DNA from: Pocillopora damicornis
Taxonomy: Eukaryota
Length of the DNA: 64,000 nucleotides
Reading direction: 5' to 3'
Assembly: GCF_003704095.1 (NCBI RefSeq)
Contig: NW_020847248.1
Span: forward strand, 1,178,001-1,242,000
The translations under genes were made by a program, and so were the position numbers. A model generated the notes under the pieces. It saw nothing but the letters and a program-made list of their open reading frames with translations, was not told the origin of the DNA and searched no databases. Positions 51,401 to 64,000 of the stretch are shown here, piece after piece (within the stretch, counting starts at the first letter, position 1; the number at the start of each line of letters is the position of its first letter).

Positions 51401-54400
51401 TGTTGACAATTGCTCTCAGTGTTAAGTTTCAAATTTTCTACTTTTGCTTGTTGACAGTTGCTCTCAGTGTTAAGTTTCAAATTTTCTACTTTTGCTTGTT
51501 GACAGTTGCTCTCAGTGTTAAATTTCAAATTTTCTACTTTTGCTTGTTGACAGTTGCTCTCAGTGTTAAGTTTCAAATTTTCTACTTGCTGCTCTACTGC
51601 TACCCAAAGAACAACTGTCTTTGCAGTTAAGATGATACAATGCACAATTTGTTACCATATTCCTTGCTGTATGTAAAAGTTTTACACTTACATGTATTAT
51701 CCAATAGTTTTTTTGGGGTTTATTGGCTCATATCTTGAGACAAGATGCTCATCTTTAACTGTCAACTCACTTTTGAGAAGCACTTTGTGATTAAATGGTT
51801 TACTAATTTTCTCCTCCAACTACACAGGTTCATCTCTGCAAGTAGCTCTTGTAGGATTGTTCGCTGAGATACTCTGTAGGTCTGTATTTTTTAATGTACT
51901 GTGAACAATTGAGTTGATCTACCATGGAATTGTAATTTAAAATGTCTGCAGTGCTATATTCTCATTTATTTAGTACAAATTTGTAAACTAATGATTTTTA
52001 TGCAATACATGTGAAGATGTTTCTTAGAGATGTTTCAAAGCTAGGCTATTGTTCCAGTTGTTCAAGGAGTTGACACAGTACAAGTCATGTCTCTTTTACT
52101 TTCTGTAGGTTTCCAAACATGTGTGTTGGTGCTTTGACAAGAGACAGTGTTCAGCAGGTAATGTTTTAGTGAAGTGATTTTAAAAACAAATTATTAGACA
52201 ATCTATTATTGATTTTCAGTGAGAATTGAAACTCTTTGAAATCTTTGAATTTCAATTTGAAATTGATTAGAGGATAAATTGACCACAGTAATGAATTTTA
52301 AAAATTTGATGTAGCAAACGTTTAACAGAAATTTCAGATTTTGCAACAGAGTATACAGGCTTTCTTTAATGATAAACTACCTCCTGAACTGGCTTGTAGG
52401 AGAACTGAAAAGATCTAGTGTTCGTCTTGACTGAAAATGTGAGGGCTTGGGTATCCAAGAGTCAAAGCTTTGAAGGGTTTTAGTAGGCTCAAGTATAATT
52501 CCCAGATGGGTAACTTGAAATTCAGCCAAAAAAGGTTTTTTTGGCCTTTTTACAAATTGGAGAACCAATATATATGCATGTAATATATATATATATATAT
52601 ATATCTTTTAAATTTGCTTGTTTGTTTTGTTTTGTGTTGCTTTTTTCATTTGTTTGAAAGACCTCTTGCCTATGTCCTCTCTGTGCATATATCCTATCAC
52701 TAATCTCAACAGAATTCAGCCCATGTTAAGCCCACAACTAATGTTATAGTTACCAGTACTGAAGTATCTATCTATCTGTAGGCATTGTCAAGTGGAATAT
52801 CAGCTGAACAGGTTTAATATTATTTTCTTTCTTCTATCAGATACTTGAAAAAAAATTTCCCTTCCTTAAAATGTTTAGTACACACTGTTTGTTTCAAAGT
52901 TGTGCATATGTGTAGGAAGTGATGTGAATCAGTTACAGTGCAAGATATTATGTACTAACAATAAAAAACAAAAAAAACAAGAATTTAATGTTTATTATTT
53001 TTTTGTAGATTCTTCACTTTTTGAGGACTAGAGCACACCCTGAAATGTTAAAAAAGGTTTGTATGAAAATTTGTTCTTTGTTCAAGTACAAGTTAATCTC
53101 TTTTCTGAAATAATGATACTTACTATTTCATGCTTTGTGGATCATGAAAAATTTTGTAAGTTAGTTATTTTTAAGCTTCATTGTTATTTTTTTCTACCTC
53201 CTTGTTGTTTGTCTACCAATAGAATTGGTATTGTCAATTTAAGGATAATTCTTTACAGACATAAAATGTTAACAGTGTTGTTGCTCAGGACACTTTCCCT
53301 TAACTGAAATTGGTCGAACTTACTGACATATTAAACAAAAACACTAAAAAAAATCCTTCAGATACTTTTGAAGAGTTTCCTGCACAACTTTTTTTCCAAA
53401 AAAATCCCGATAAATGTCAGTATCTTCACAACTGCTAAACTATCTCTCCCCTAACCCAACATTAACCTTAACTTGTTATCAGTCAAATTTCGTTCGGTCA
53501 GGGGAGGGGTAGATGTGCAGTTGCTCAGATACTGACTTTGATCCAAAATATCATCAGAGGAGTGAATGAGTCTTGGAGGTCAACTGATCTGAGCGGATAT
53601 TCAGTTAAGCCAGTCAGTTCTGACTTATGTTTTCTGGCCACGTGCGTCATGTTTCCTTCTGTCACTTATTAAACGACAATCTCTTTACTTCCCAGAATCC
53701 CATCATACCACCAACAATAAGTGATCAAATTCGACTCTGGGAACTGGAAAGGAGCCGAATGAAGTTCACTGAAGGTAAGGTCATAGTATCTTAGACTTAA
53801 GGGTGTCCTTAAGAAACTTACCCCTTTTATTCAGTGCTCAAATATACCCAAACTGCAAGGACAATATATTTTAACTCAAATAAAACGTTAAGCAAAGTTA
53901 ATCAGTTTTTTTTAAGGAGTCCATGTCGCCTTTCATTTTTCGCATTTATGGTGTTAACCTTCCAGAGACCTACACTTAACAGAAATATTTTCTTTTCTCC
54001 GCAGGTGTGCTATACAACCAGTTCCTCTCACAAGCAGATTTTGAAACCCTAAAGAAGTATGCTGAGGTAAGGGACCTTGTGCTAGTATCATGATTCACTG
54101 AACATTACTAGCTCACCAGTATTGCAACTATGTTGGCTTGTTGTTACATACACTCACATTTTCCTGAATTTGAATTAATTGCACAAAGTGAAGTGAATTA
54201 AAGTGAACGCATGGAGATTGAAATGTTTGGGCAAACGATAAGTCTGTTGTTTGTGTCTTTCGACTTTGAATATGTCAGTTTCCGTCTCAAAGTAATAGGA
54301 ACAGTTGAATACCTTTCTCTGTACCTATATATTTTGCATTGGTTTTACGTCGCTCTCGCAACCAGATTTATTGGGGCGATTAATCGGAACAAAGATTGAC

Positions 54401-54824
54401 ATCGTCATTAGACAATGACAACGCAAACTGCTTGAAGCGCGGGAAAACGCGAATAACATAGTCGCAATTGTTTTAAGTTTTGCGTCTGATTGGTTTAGAG
54501 GGTGACGCGAGTTTTCTGGGCCAATCGCAAAACGAATTAAAATGAAACAAAATCAAACCCGGATTACTTCAACACTTAATTCAAAATTTCTCTATATTCC
54601 ATCGAGTTGTTAGGCCATTCATCAGAACTTAGGCAAAGGACTTTCGCACTTAATCTGTTTCTTCTACTTTCAAACTGTTGTTGTAGCTGATCTTCCCTAT
54701 CGGTTTCTCTCTGCAGGATCTTGGTGTTCTAATGTGGGCTAACTCATCAAAGAGAGTTATTGTTGTTAGCCGCTCAGGTCATGATGACGTTAAAAGGTTT
54801 TGGAAACGACAGAAAAACACGTGA
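45434..54824 (+). CDS. GTF2H4: General transcription and DNA repair factor IIH subunit p52 (Tfb2), 17 exons
   Basis: Exons approx 45434-45573, 46517-46621, 47740-47868, 48433-48529, 49215-49315, 49430-49541, 49807-49875, 50322-50405, 50541-50601, 50958-51035, 51828-51879, 52109-52157, 52782-52811, 53009-53056, 53696-53774, 54005-54066, 54717-54824 join in frame. Motifs: [117 protein letters not shown]. Confidence 0.95.
51303..51586. repeat. 48-bp minisatellite, about 6 copies, in GTF2H4 intron
   Basis: Unit CTTGTTGACAGTTGCTCTCAGTGTTAAGTTTCAAATTTTCTACTTTTG at 51303, 51351, 51399, 51447, 51495, 51543, nearly identical. Confidence 0.95.
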
Positions 54825-57800
54825 CAGCTCGTGCTAATGCATAAGCTTGCAAGCCGTACTACTTCCTCGTGGTTGGCACGTGACTAGTAATGGAGAAACC
54901 GGTCCACGCGTGCGTCAGGGAACTACAAAAACGATGTGACAACTTCTGTACGTACTGGCTGGGTTTTTAAGGCACGTGAATTTCACTTGGCGCATAAAAT
55001 CTAGCCCATGCCTTCGTTTAGAAACTTGAAGTGAAATCGAAGAAATTTAACAAAAGGAAAAACAGATCAGGAAGCTGTGACCGAACAAAAATCCATCTCC
55101 AACTTAAAGAAAAATATTGACATTGACTAACAAATAGGAGAGAGATTTTTTTTTGATATTTTTTTTATTGGCGTATTCCAATTAATACTGTATATACTTG
55201 TTTCTGGAGGATGAAAACATTTGTAAACCTTTTACTGATTAGGAAAATAGTTTAACAAAATGTTTTCGCTCAATGGTGTTTTATTGCGTGCTTTTCCCCT
55301 TTCAGCATTCGCGTAGCTATGAACTTTCCAGCTAATGTTCCTTCCCTTTGTGTGCTATAAAAGTCGGGAAAGGTCCCTTGACTTTTTGTGGAAAGTGTTA
55401 GATTTGGCCGTGGAAGGTCTTGGTACGAGACTAAAAAATGAATTCAAGTAACATCCTGTATTCAGCCTGTTCTCAAAAAGCTCCAAATTTGTTATGCTCA
55501 GAAAACCCGATTTATGCTTAGTGCTTCAGAATGTTTTGCGCAGTGAAAATTGCCGCCTTCTCTCTGTTTAAGTTGCTGCGTTTCTGTAAATGGTACCTGT
55601 GCTGAACTTGGAATAATTTAGTCAGTGCATCTACCGACAAAATTGCGTTTTGCGCTTCAATTGGAAAGGGTATTTTTCGCGCGAAATTAACCTCCCAAAT
55701 CTTTGCCGCATTTTCGATTTAATTCGAATCATGTTTGGCCCTAACATGGTTTCTTCAGGATAACTTCTGACTCTTCTATTCGTCTGCTATCAAATTCGTT
55801 CTTTTAACCCGGCTTCCACGTAAAGCTCAAGGTCAAAGGTTATCTGCAGCGGAATCAGATCAGGGTATTACCTGATACCTGTCAAAAGAAGACAAGTACC
55901 AATGACTCAAGCTTTTGAAAGTTGTTAGGCGTCGCCTTGGCGATGAACACCTCAGATTTTAACCCTTTAAATCCCAGAAGTGATTACCATGTAACTTCTC
56001 CCTATAGTATCAATACGTTAGACAGCAAACAGGTAGTGAGAATACTCAAACTCATCACGTACAATTTTGTTATCTGGATTCAACGCGTTATTCTCGCGAT
56101 CAATTTACAAAGAAATGTGTAGTAGGTAGTGAATACTCAAACTCATTACGTACAATTTATTAGCTGGATTCAACACGTTATTCTCGCGATCAATTTTCAA
56201 AGGAATGTGTAGTAGCTAGTGGGGAGAATTGACAATCAGATCTTGGGAGTTAAAGGGTTGAGAACAGGGCTAATCCGTCGAGTGAATCGAGTTTAGGGAG
56301 GGGCATAATCGGATGAAATTTAGCGAGATAAAGCAAAACTTACCTTTGGACTATATCTCTGAGCTGAAAATCATGAAGAAATACGAACTTAATAGAACTT
56401 TACTTATGCCGGGAAGCATGCTAAAGACGATTTCGATTTGCATTCATCGACAAACCTCGGCTGCTAAGAGGAAGACTAGCAGCAAAAGGCATTGCATCTC
56501 TGCGTTCCCTTTGGAGTCGATCAAATACGACGATTAAAATTCCTTCACCAACGCGAGAAACGTACTTCGCATAAATAGATTACCTTTAGGAGGGCTAAAG
56601 TTATGTGCACCGGTAGAAGCCAATTACCCTAGTTATGTACATTTCGGCAAACAAAATGAATAAATGAAATCGATTGTAGTAGAACGCAGTTTTTTCAGCT
56701 TCCCAGCGAATTTTTTGGCGTTACCAAGACCGCTCTTATTCTGAGCCACAAAAAATTATTCCACTTTTTTTTAGGACCGTTACCCAATACAGCACCTTCC
56801 CTCCATAACAATCTTGATTTCCAGGCCCTGTTCTAATCCCACAATGATGCCTAATATTTTGTTTACACAAATCTTCTAGTGTAAAACTCCTTGCCTTTCA
56901 AATGTGCCGCAAACCGTCTACTTAGAATACCTAGAAACGTACTTTCATTGCTTTTACGTTACTCTCGAATTAAGGTAATCTCAGAATATAACTTCTAAAG
57001 CAACCTCTCTCCCTCTAGATATCATTATGAATACACACTTAAATATCAAGGTGGAATCGTTTTCTCTGTAGAGTAGCATATATCTTAAAGGTGCCTGTTG
57101 ATGTATGAAGATTTCAAAAAAAAGGTTCCTCGTAATTAAAAATCGGCACACGCAAGATAAAAGACGCTGTTTATTCCTTCGCTACACACGTGTGAAAACC
57201 TTGAGATAACGCTAAACGAAAAGACTATTTATTCTAAAACTTTTAATTCATAACCTGTCTCTGTCAGTGAACACAAACGAAGGAACGTAGGAGAGAAAAT
57301 TCGTGAGGCTCATCCGAGAAAAACGACTGAACAAGAACAAATTTTTGATTCCTACGCTTTTGAAACTCGGTTGGCATCAAGTACACGCACTGTCTCTGTA
57401 AAAACATGACCACAGAAGAACTAGCCAAGTGAGTCCTACTTACGACTCGGTCAGTGAAGGCCGGCGTTTATACCATTTTCTTGAGCTCCCCTGCTTTCAA
57501 ATCACATAAAAAATTAAGTATCCATTTAGTCTCCATTGTTCAGTTCAGCATGGAGTCATCAATTGATTACGGCCAGCTGCAGTCGAATTGAATGCTTTGG
57601 CAGTGAACCTTAAAAACACAGCACATGTTAATTAAAGTTAAACACTATGGCTTCCCCTTTCATAGACTACGCGGTCTCTTGAGGTTTTTCAACGGCAGGA
57701 AACAATCGATAGCCATGAGTCTGCGTTTAATGCGGAGGCGTAAATTTCGACTGAAAACAAGCCACATCCGGATTCCAAACTGAAAAAGTCAGACAACGGA

Positions 57801-58462
57801 AAAACTCACTAAGGACCATTAAGTTTGTCGTCTTAAATACAGATTTGTTTCGTTAAGGTTTATTTTTGTGCTTGAGTTGACTAATATGTTTATTGTAGCA
57901 CATACGTGAAATCATTCCAAGAAGCTTATATTTGCTGGGAGCAGGCGGTTTCGTATCATCTTGAAAATTGTTTCGATGTCTTTCACGATAGGCATTCATT
58001 TAGTTGCTTCGTTTTTAATTAGTGTTTGATTATTCCTCTGTTGACACAGTTTTGCGGGCTTTTAATCAAATGATCGAGGTGTCATAACCTCACGTAGTGA
58101 TCACAGAATTGTAAACTGAAACTGTTTTTGTCAGAGCAGTCACAAAGGAAACTCTCGCTGTAAACAAGCTCTTCTTCACAAGGCGGACGGACCTATATCA
58201 GCGCAAAAAATTACTTTGGGTCAATTAAACTTGGGCAAATTCTTTGACTTCCCTCACCATAAGAAGCTACGTGATTCCTGCTAATTCGAAAAACTTCCTT
58301 TACACACGTTTTCAAAGGAAGCCACAGGCTCTGTTTGTTTTTACGCCAAGTGATTACCAAAATTAGCCACTAACAAGCAAGTTATTGTCATCGCTGACAC
58401 CTTCAATACCCAGAGCCTCACTTGCACGTGGACAGTGTTATGAATTTTTTCATCCCGAAAAG

Positions 58463-61400
58463 ATGTCCGCTTCACCAATGGATACAAGGCAAGTAGGTAG
58501 ACATGTCTTTATTTTCTCGAAGCAGAATGGAAGCGAGAATTCTCCTACAATTATTGCAAAGCCTGTCAACATCACACAGGATTTGCCACGAGAATTTCTA
58601 CGCTATTTAAAAACATTGTTCGATATTCTTGACGAGAAGGGAACAGGCTTTGTGCGACTCTCTGACATAGAGACTAGGTGGAAAACTAAACAAGGCTCGA
58701 ATGGACTCGGAGAGGGAGTCATGGAAAATTTACGGAAGGTTACCCCCAAGAATGGGCTTCTGAACTTTGAAAGACTATGTACTGGAATGAAATTGGCCCT
58801 TAAAACGCAACCACGCGCCCAAACAAATGGTAGTGCGAACGGCTTAGATCACTCAACCAGAAGATCGAACTCGCTACCGCAGCTGGACACGGCTACTAAA
58901 GGTTGGACTTCCGATTCTAGCGAGGACTCATTTGCAGGCAACGAAAACAGAACTAAGGCTCAAGTAATTAACAAATTAAGGGATTGGAAGAATGAAAATC
59001 AAGAAAAGAGGCGTTCTCTGACTTTTAATGCTTCAAATCCACGGACAAACGGGAACGATAGCTCCGGAAGTACAAGTAAGTGTTTCTTTTGTTACGACAC
59101 GGTGGGCTGGTAGTAAATGATATTCATGGGAATTTCGGCCTTGAACCTATAAATAACCACCAATTTTCTCTTTGTGGTCCGAATTTTCTAATTAAATATG
59201 ACTAGTAAAAGAAATAATTTTTCTTTCGGGGCGCTTTTAACTTCATAAACGAACGCGCGTTAATTGAAAACAGTAAAGGTGTCCTAATCTAAATAGAACA
59301 CGGATTAAAGCATACCGGGCGCTTTAGCATATGTCCATATTTCGACGTTTTTACGTCAAAGGATGTCGCATATGTTTAAAATTAGTTCAATGGAACAGTA
59401 CTACAGAACTAGTGGCGAGACAATGTTTATTTTTTTTTATCTTTTGCACTCGTTCAATTCGCTTGAAAATTTATTATGTTTAAACTACCACCCTCTTGAT
59501 CTGAAGTAGTTTTTTTCGCATTTCAGAGGTTCTAAGACTGAGAAGTATTTACAACATGATAATTCGTTTGGCGTCAGATTAACGCTAAACGATTTAGTTG
59601 TAATCCTGAATTTGGGCACAAAAATTGGACGTGCCAAAATGTGTAAGCCATTCCAGCGAACACAATAGAGATTACGATTATCAAAATACCAGGTGGTCTC
59701 TCTGCATGGCGACCTCGATTATGTCTAAACAACATGTCAAAACTTTAAAATTAGACTGTAAGGCCAATGTACCGCTAATGTCTTCAGCCATGAAAAAATG
59801 TTTATTTTACATTGTCAATATAACATATCTTTTTCGTTGCATATGATTGATGAGAATATTAGCTGACAATTTAGAATTCCTGTGGAGATTATAGTTAACT
59901 TTTTAAAGTTTCAGAGGTTACAGATTTCATGTCTGGGCCTGTTGTGGTTCTTTCTCAAAAGTTATGTAATTGAGTCTTGACAGACCATGCGTCACATTAT
60001 TTTTTTGTGATAAACAAACTACCTCTTAACTTAGAAATGCTGGAGGCAGTGCTAGAAATAATCTTAAAACGGAAAAGGATGTTGAAAGCAAGGGAGATGC
60101 AGCAATATAATCAGGATGATGATGCAGCAGTGTCTCAATTATATCCCCTAGGATGTCAATATACATCCCTTCACAAGAGTTTCTGCCCTCAACTTCTTCC
60201 TAAAAAATATTGGATTTTTCTCATTCAATCTTAATATACAAATATCTTGGCTTTGAGACCCCCCCTAAGCCAACCCACATTTTGCAATGTCTAATATTTT
60301 TCATTAGATTAATGGATGGATTTTTCAAGCATTGATCACAATAGGTGAAGGACATAATTTGGAAGTGGAAAATAGATGCTTATAGGAGTTAATTTTTTAT
60401 AGAGGGGCATTACCAATGATGGTTGAAATTCCATCCCTATTTAGGGCAACACAAGTTTAAAGTAGACTGGGCCTTCATTAGAGTAAGTGGTGATGGGGGA
60501 AAATGAAAGACTTGTGAGACACTTAGAATCCAGTCTGTAAAACAGATGGAAACTACATGTACATGTACACAATTTGTATTTGCAATACAAATCACAATGA
60601 CATCACTTTACCTTGATTTTCACAAGCATTATAAATGACAAGGAAATGTTGAGTTGGAGTTATATGATACTCACTCTTCCACTCTGTTTTGAAAAACATC
60701 ATCTTCTTTGCAATATTTTCAAATGACAATAATGATACACTGTTTACACAAAGCTAACTTTTTAGCTACTCTTTCTAGACAGCTGTCTTTTTACTGAGTC
60801 ACCTTCTGCTACAGGAATTTTAATCCCCAACTCAGAGAACTGAAAGGAATTTTAGACTTCTTAGCAGAAATAAATTGCATTGTAAATAAGATTTGAGACT
60901 TTTTGCAAGAGCTGACAACTTTGACTTTAATATTGGATAAATTGTTTAAGAGACCTATGAATTCATGGTATTTTCCATCCCATACACTAGATCCTGCATG
61001 TTGACATAATTTATATGAGGCACTTTCTATTGAAAGGTCCTACAAAAGTGACAACTCTAATTACATTACTGACTGACACAGAACTCAGCCTCTGTGAGAT
61101 ACTTTAGGTTTTAAATTGTCCAGTATTACAGAAATGTTCTGATTATTTTCCACTAACTGTTTATTTAGCAAAAAGATACTGAGCCATTTTAAAAAGAAGA
61201 CCATGCTGTTCTTGTAAATAGAGATTCCAACAATTTAATTTACTGTTTCTATTATCAGTGAATTGTGACTGCATGTGCCAAACTGATTTCATGTTTGTGT
61301 TGACTTGCAGGTCCATCCTCAGGAAATGGAAGTCCAAAAGGAAGATCAAATTCTACAACAAAAGTCTACTTTGTTGGTAAAGAAATCAGCAGTAGTGTAC

Positions 61401-63853
61401 CAACAAATTTAAATGGACATATTAAAGATTCTGCTGCTCCTACTGAAATCCGGACAATTGACAAGGTAATTCATAAGATTATTTAACTTTCCTCACTCTC
61501 AAAATGTGGTGTCTTAGTTCAATTGGTAGAAGTATCTTAAACCACTTTCTGGTAGGAAAGGAATGCATTTTTTTAAAGTAACTATTATTCAATTAAATTA
61601 CTGAATATACGGTACGCAACAAATTGAAGGGTGTCCCTTTTTATTATAGTGCAATCAAAATTTATTGATATAATGAAAAAATTAGTAGAATCAACTATTA
61701 TTGTCCTTCATGATATGCAGTCAGGTTTCCAGACATATGTCTCTGTAATATTGATTATTGATTAAGTATTTAAAAATGATAATAATGGCACAATTTATTC
61801 TCCCAAGTGACTCTTTTGGTCAAAACAAATTATTTGCAAGCATATCTCATTTATATTTTGTCCTAGGTTAGAGTAATTTTTTTGATGACAACTTTGATAA
61901 ATATTGTATACTTATATCAATGCATGCAAGTAAGATTTGATAAGCTTAATATTCTGGCTGGAAAATGTAGTTTGCTTGATTTTTGTTGAGGGTCAAGCTT
62001 GGGAGATAAAAACATACCTGCAACTACCCGTAACCCTTCAGCTTGCAGCAGTGAGAGGAAATTGTACAATGGCTGCAAAAATAGTCTGGAATTTTTACAT
62101 GTAAACTATTTCATGCTATTTGAAGACTTTTCATCATGGACATTCACATCATTCGGTATCAGAGATATATTGATAATCCTAAAGATGGAAGAGACTTGAA
62201 GGGTGCAATGTTGGCACTCAAACTCAATTAAATGGCATCAAAAGTTATGTTTTTTCTTCTTTGTTGTACTCTGTTGATTAATTACGATGGAAGCCATGTT
62301 TAATATCTCTTTGAAAACTAAATGCTGTGCATTAATGTGGTCTTAATTAAATTGTAAGCACTGTAATAGCTTATTATTAATTTTATTGGTTAGATAGTAT
62401 GGTAAGGCTTGATTTGAAAACAAGAATGCTGGCAATATTTTTTATTCCTGTGATATTGTAGGATGCTAGATTACAAGAGCTTGATGATGAGCATGACCTT
62501 TTACAAAATGGTCTTCAGGTCATCGAAAAAGCTAGAAAGTGGTATTTTAAAAGAATCACAGCTATTCAGGAAGAGAAATTACACCTTCAAAATGATGACC
62601 AATATTCTCTTGAACAGGTAATTCATTATGTCATCATAATGTTTCATAACAAGTTTGACCAGGCGCCTGTATCAGAGAACATTCTAAAAATGCACATGCA
62701 TTAATTGATCAATTGTGATACATGTCGCTATAACTTGTTTAGATCAACTTGAAAATGATAAGTAAAAGCAATTCATTTTTGTAGTTTTGTATCATGAATA
62801 TAAGAAGAATATTTACCAACAAACCACCTGATTAAGGAGGCTGTGTAGCTGAATGAGTGACTCCTCAATGTCTGCTATTCACTTCAATTTGTTAACTGAA
62901 GAAAACATTCTATGAGGGAGGCAACAGGCAGATGAGCCTTTTCATCATATAGCAAACCAGTATCCCACTTTTAACATTTTCCACAAATCAGTCATTGCTT
63001 ATAAATATTGCCAGGATCATGCACCCTTTAGCAAGTATTTTAGGAATGAAGATTTGTATGTTGGTTATATGGCCATGAACAGTGTGGCCAACGGAAAGGA
63101 AGTATCAATGAAATTTGTTTTTCTAGGTGATGGGAAATACTTTTTGCAGTATAATTATGTTTGTCCTACTTTTACAGTATAATTATGTTTGTCCTATTTT
63201 TATTTGGCTTGAATGTTGCCCAGATTTCAAGCTAGAAAGAGAGCTTGAAAATTGCTGAAGATGCAATCATGGCAAAAGGGGCCATTTGACATACCAAAAA
63301 AAACAGAACTCTGACTAACAGAAATTATAGTCAAAATGAACACCATGTATGTTGCAAAAGGTCTGTAAGGCTTACAATTTGTATTCATTACTATAAAAAG
63401 ATTTCTGAATTTTTTTCTCTTGGGCTAACTTTTGAATATTAAATTTTTATATACATTTATTGCGCTCATCTACCCCTTTGCAGTTTCAGTATGAAATTTT
63501 GCTTCACAAGACAAGAAGGAGAGAGCTTGGTTTGGATGATGACTCTTTTAAAGAGCACAAACATCACATACAGAGTGTGAATCAGTCCTTAGAAAGAATC
63601 ATTGAAGGGAAATCACCTGTAAAGGTACACATAGTTTAGGTCTCTTGTTTGAGTTGCTTTTTCATTATAGAAGTTTCACCCTCAGGATTGATCATATTTA
63701 GAACAATTTTTGGCTCTTCCTTCTGCTCAGCTGATATGCTAACCCCTTTTGAATAATATGGATCATTTTTTTCCTTAGGCATCACCAACTTCAAGTTCAG
63801 AAGCTAGTAATGAAAAACAATGGCTGCAGGATGAAGTAGAACGTCTAAAAAAG
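58463..63853 (+). CDS. SAPCD2: Suppressor APC domain-containing protein (SAPCD2/SAPCD1 family), 3'-partial
   Basis: Exon 1 (58463-59075) encodes LPREFLRYLKTLFDILDEKGTGFVRLSDIETRW...LRKVTPKNGLLNFERLCTGMKLAL, resembling the SAPCD2 N-terminal EF-hand-like region. In-frame exons follow at 61311-61465, 62462-62617 (LQELDDEHDLLQNGLQVIEKARKWYFKRI, Suppressor_APC coiled coil), 63484-63624 and 63779-63853. The gene continues past the window. Start codon choice is uncertain. Confidence 0.82.
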
Positions 63854-64000
63854 GTCATTATAAAAATCATTAATTAGACTGTAGCCTGTTTTTTGTATGC
63901 ATAGTCTGTGTATCTCCTACATGTAGCCTGTTTATATGGCTAAATCTCAGGGATCTGAAAATTTCTAATTTTTAACCCATTTTTGTTGTTTTTAAATAAT

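Noticed and set aside
51097-51645. 177-aa and 135-aa repeat-protein ORFs, or a CRISPR-like array
   Set aside because: Contiguous tandem repeats without unique spacers, inside a eukaryotic intron; the ORFs are a by-product of a 48-bp unit.
53560-53626. Short complementarities to the 28S rRNA 5' end with CTGA boxes in a GTF2H4 intron
   Set aside because: No proper C box; the matches are short and fragmented, consistent with chance.
63148-63201. Short tandem duplication (about 27 bp) in a SAPCD intron
   Set aside because: Ordinary replication-slippage duplication with no sign of function.

Overview
Eukaryotic, AT-rich, intron-dense genomic DNA with three N-gaps. The repeat landscape suggests a cnidarian, probably a scleractinian coral (inference from recognised repeat types). 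Four spliced protein-coding genes are present: (1) cytosolic valyl-tRNA synthetase VARS1 (+, 5' end outside the window, stop at 15426); (2) a full-length two-NBD ABCA2-like lipid transporter (-, 45075 to 17698); (3) TFIIH subunit p52 GTF2H4 (+, 45434-54824), head-to-head with ABCA2 with the ATGs about 360 bp apart; (4) a SAPCD1/2-family gene (+, 58463 to beyond the window). All four families have human members in the MHC (6p21.3) or its 9q34 paralogon, so the block looks like an ancestral 'proto-MHC' microsynteny. VARS introns carry two copies of a U16/SNORD16-like box C/D snoRNA, a U12-type minor intron and a degenerate Penelope-type minimal hammerhead ribozyme. Other introns hold many MITEs (piggyBac-like TTAA-CCC family and others), tRNA-derived SINEs, truncated RTE and R4/Dong-like LINE ends, and a 48-bp minisatellite. 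Most ORFs in the supplied track are exon fragments or spurious. Exon coordinates were read by eye and may be off by a few bases.
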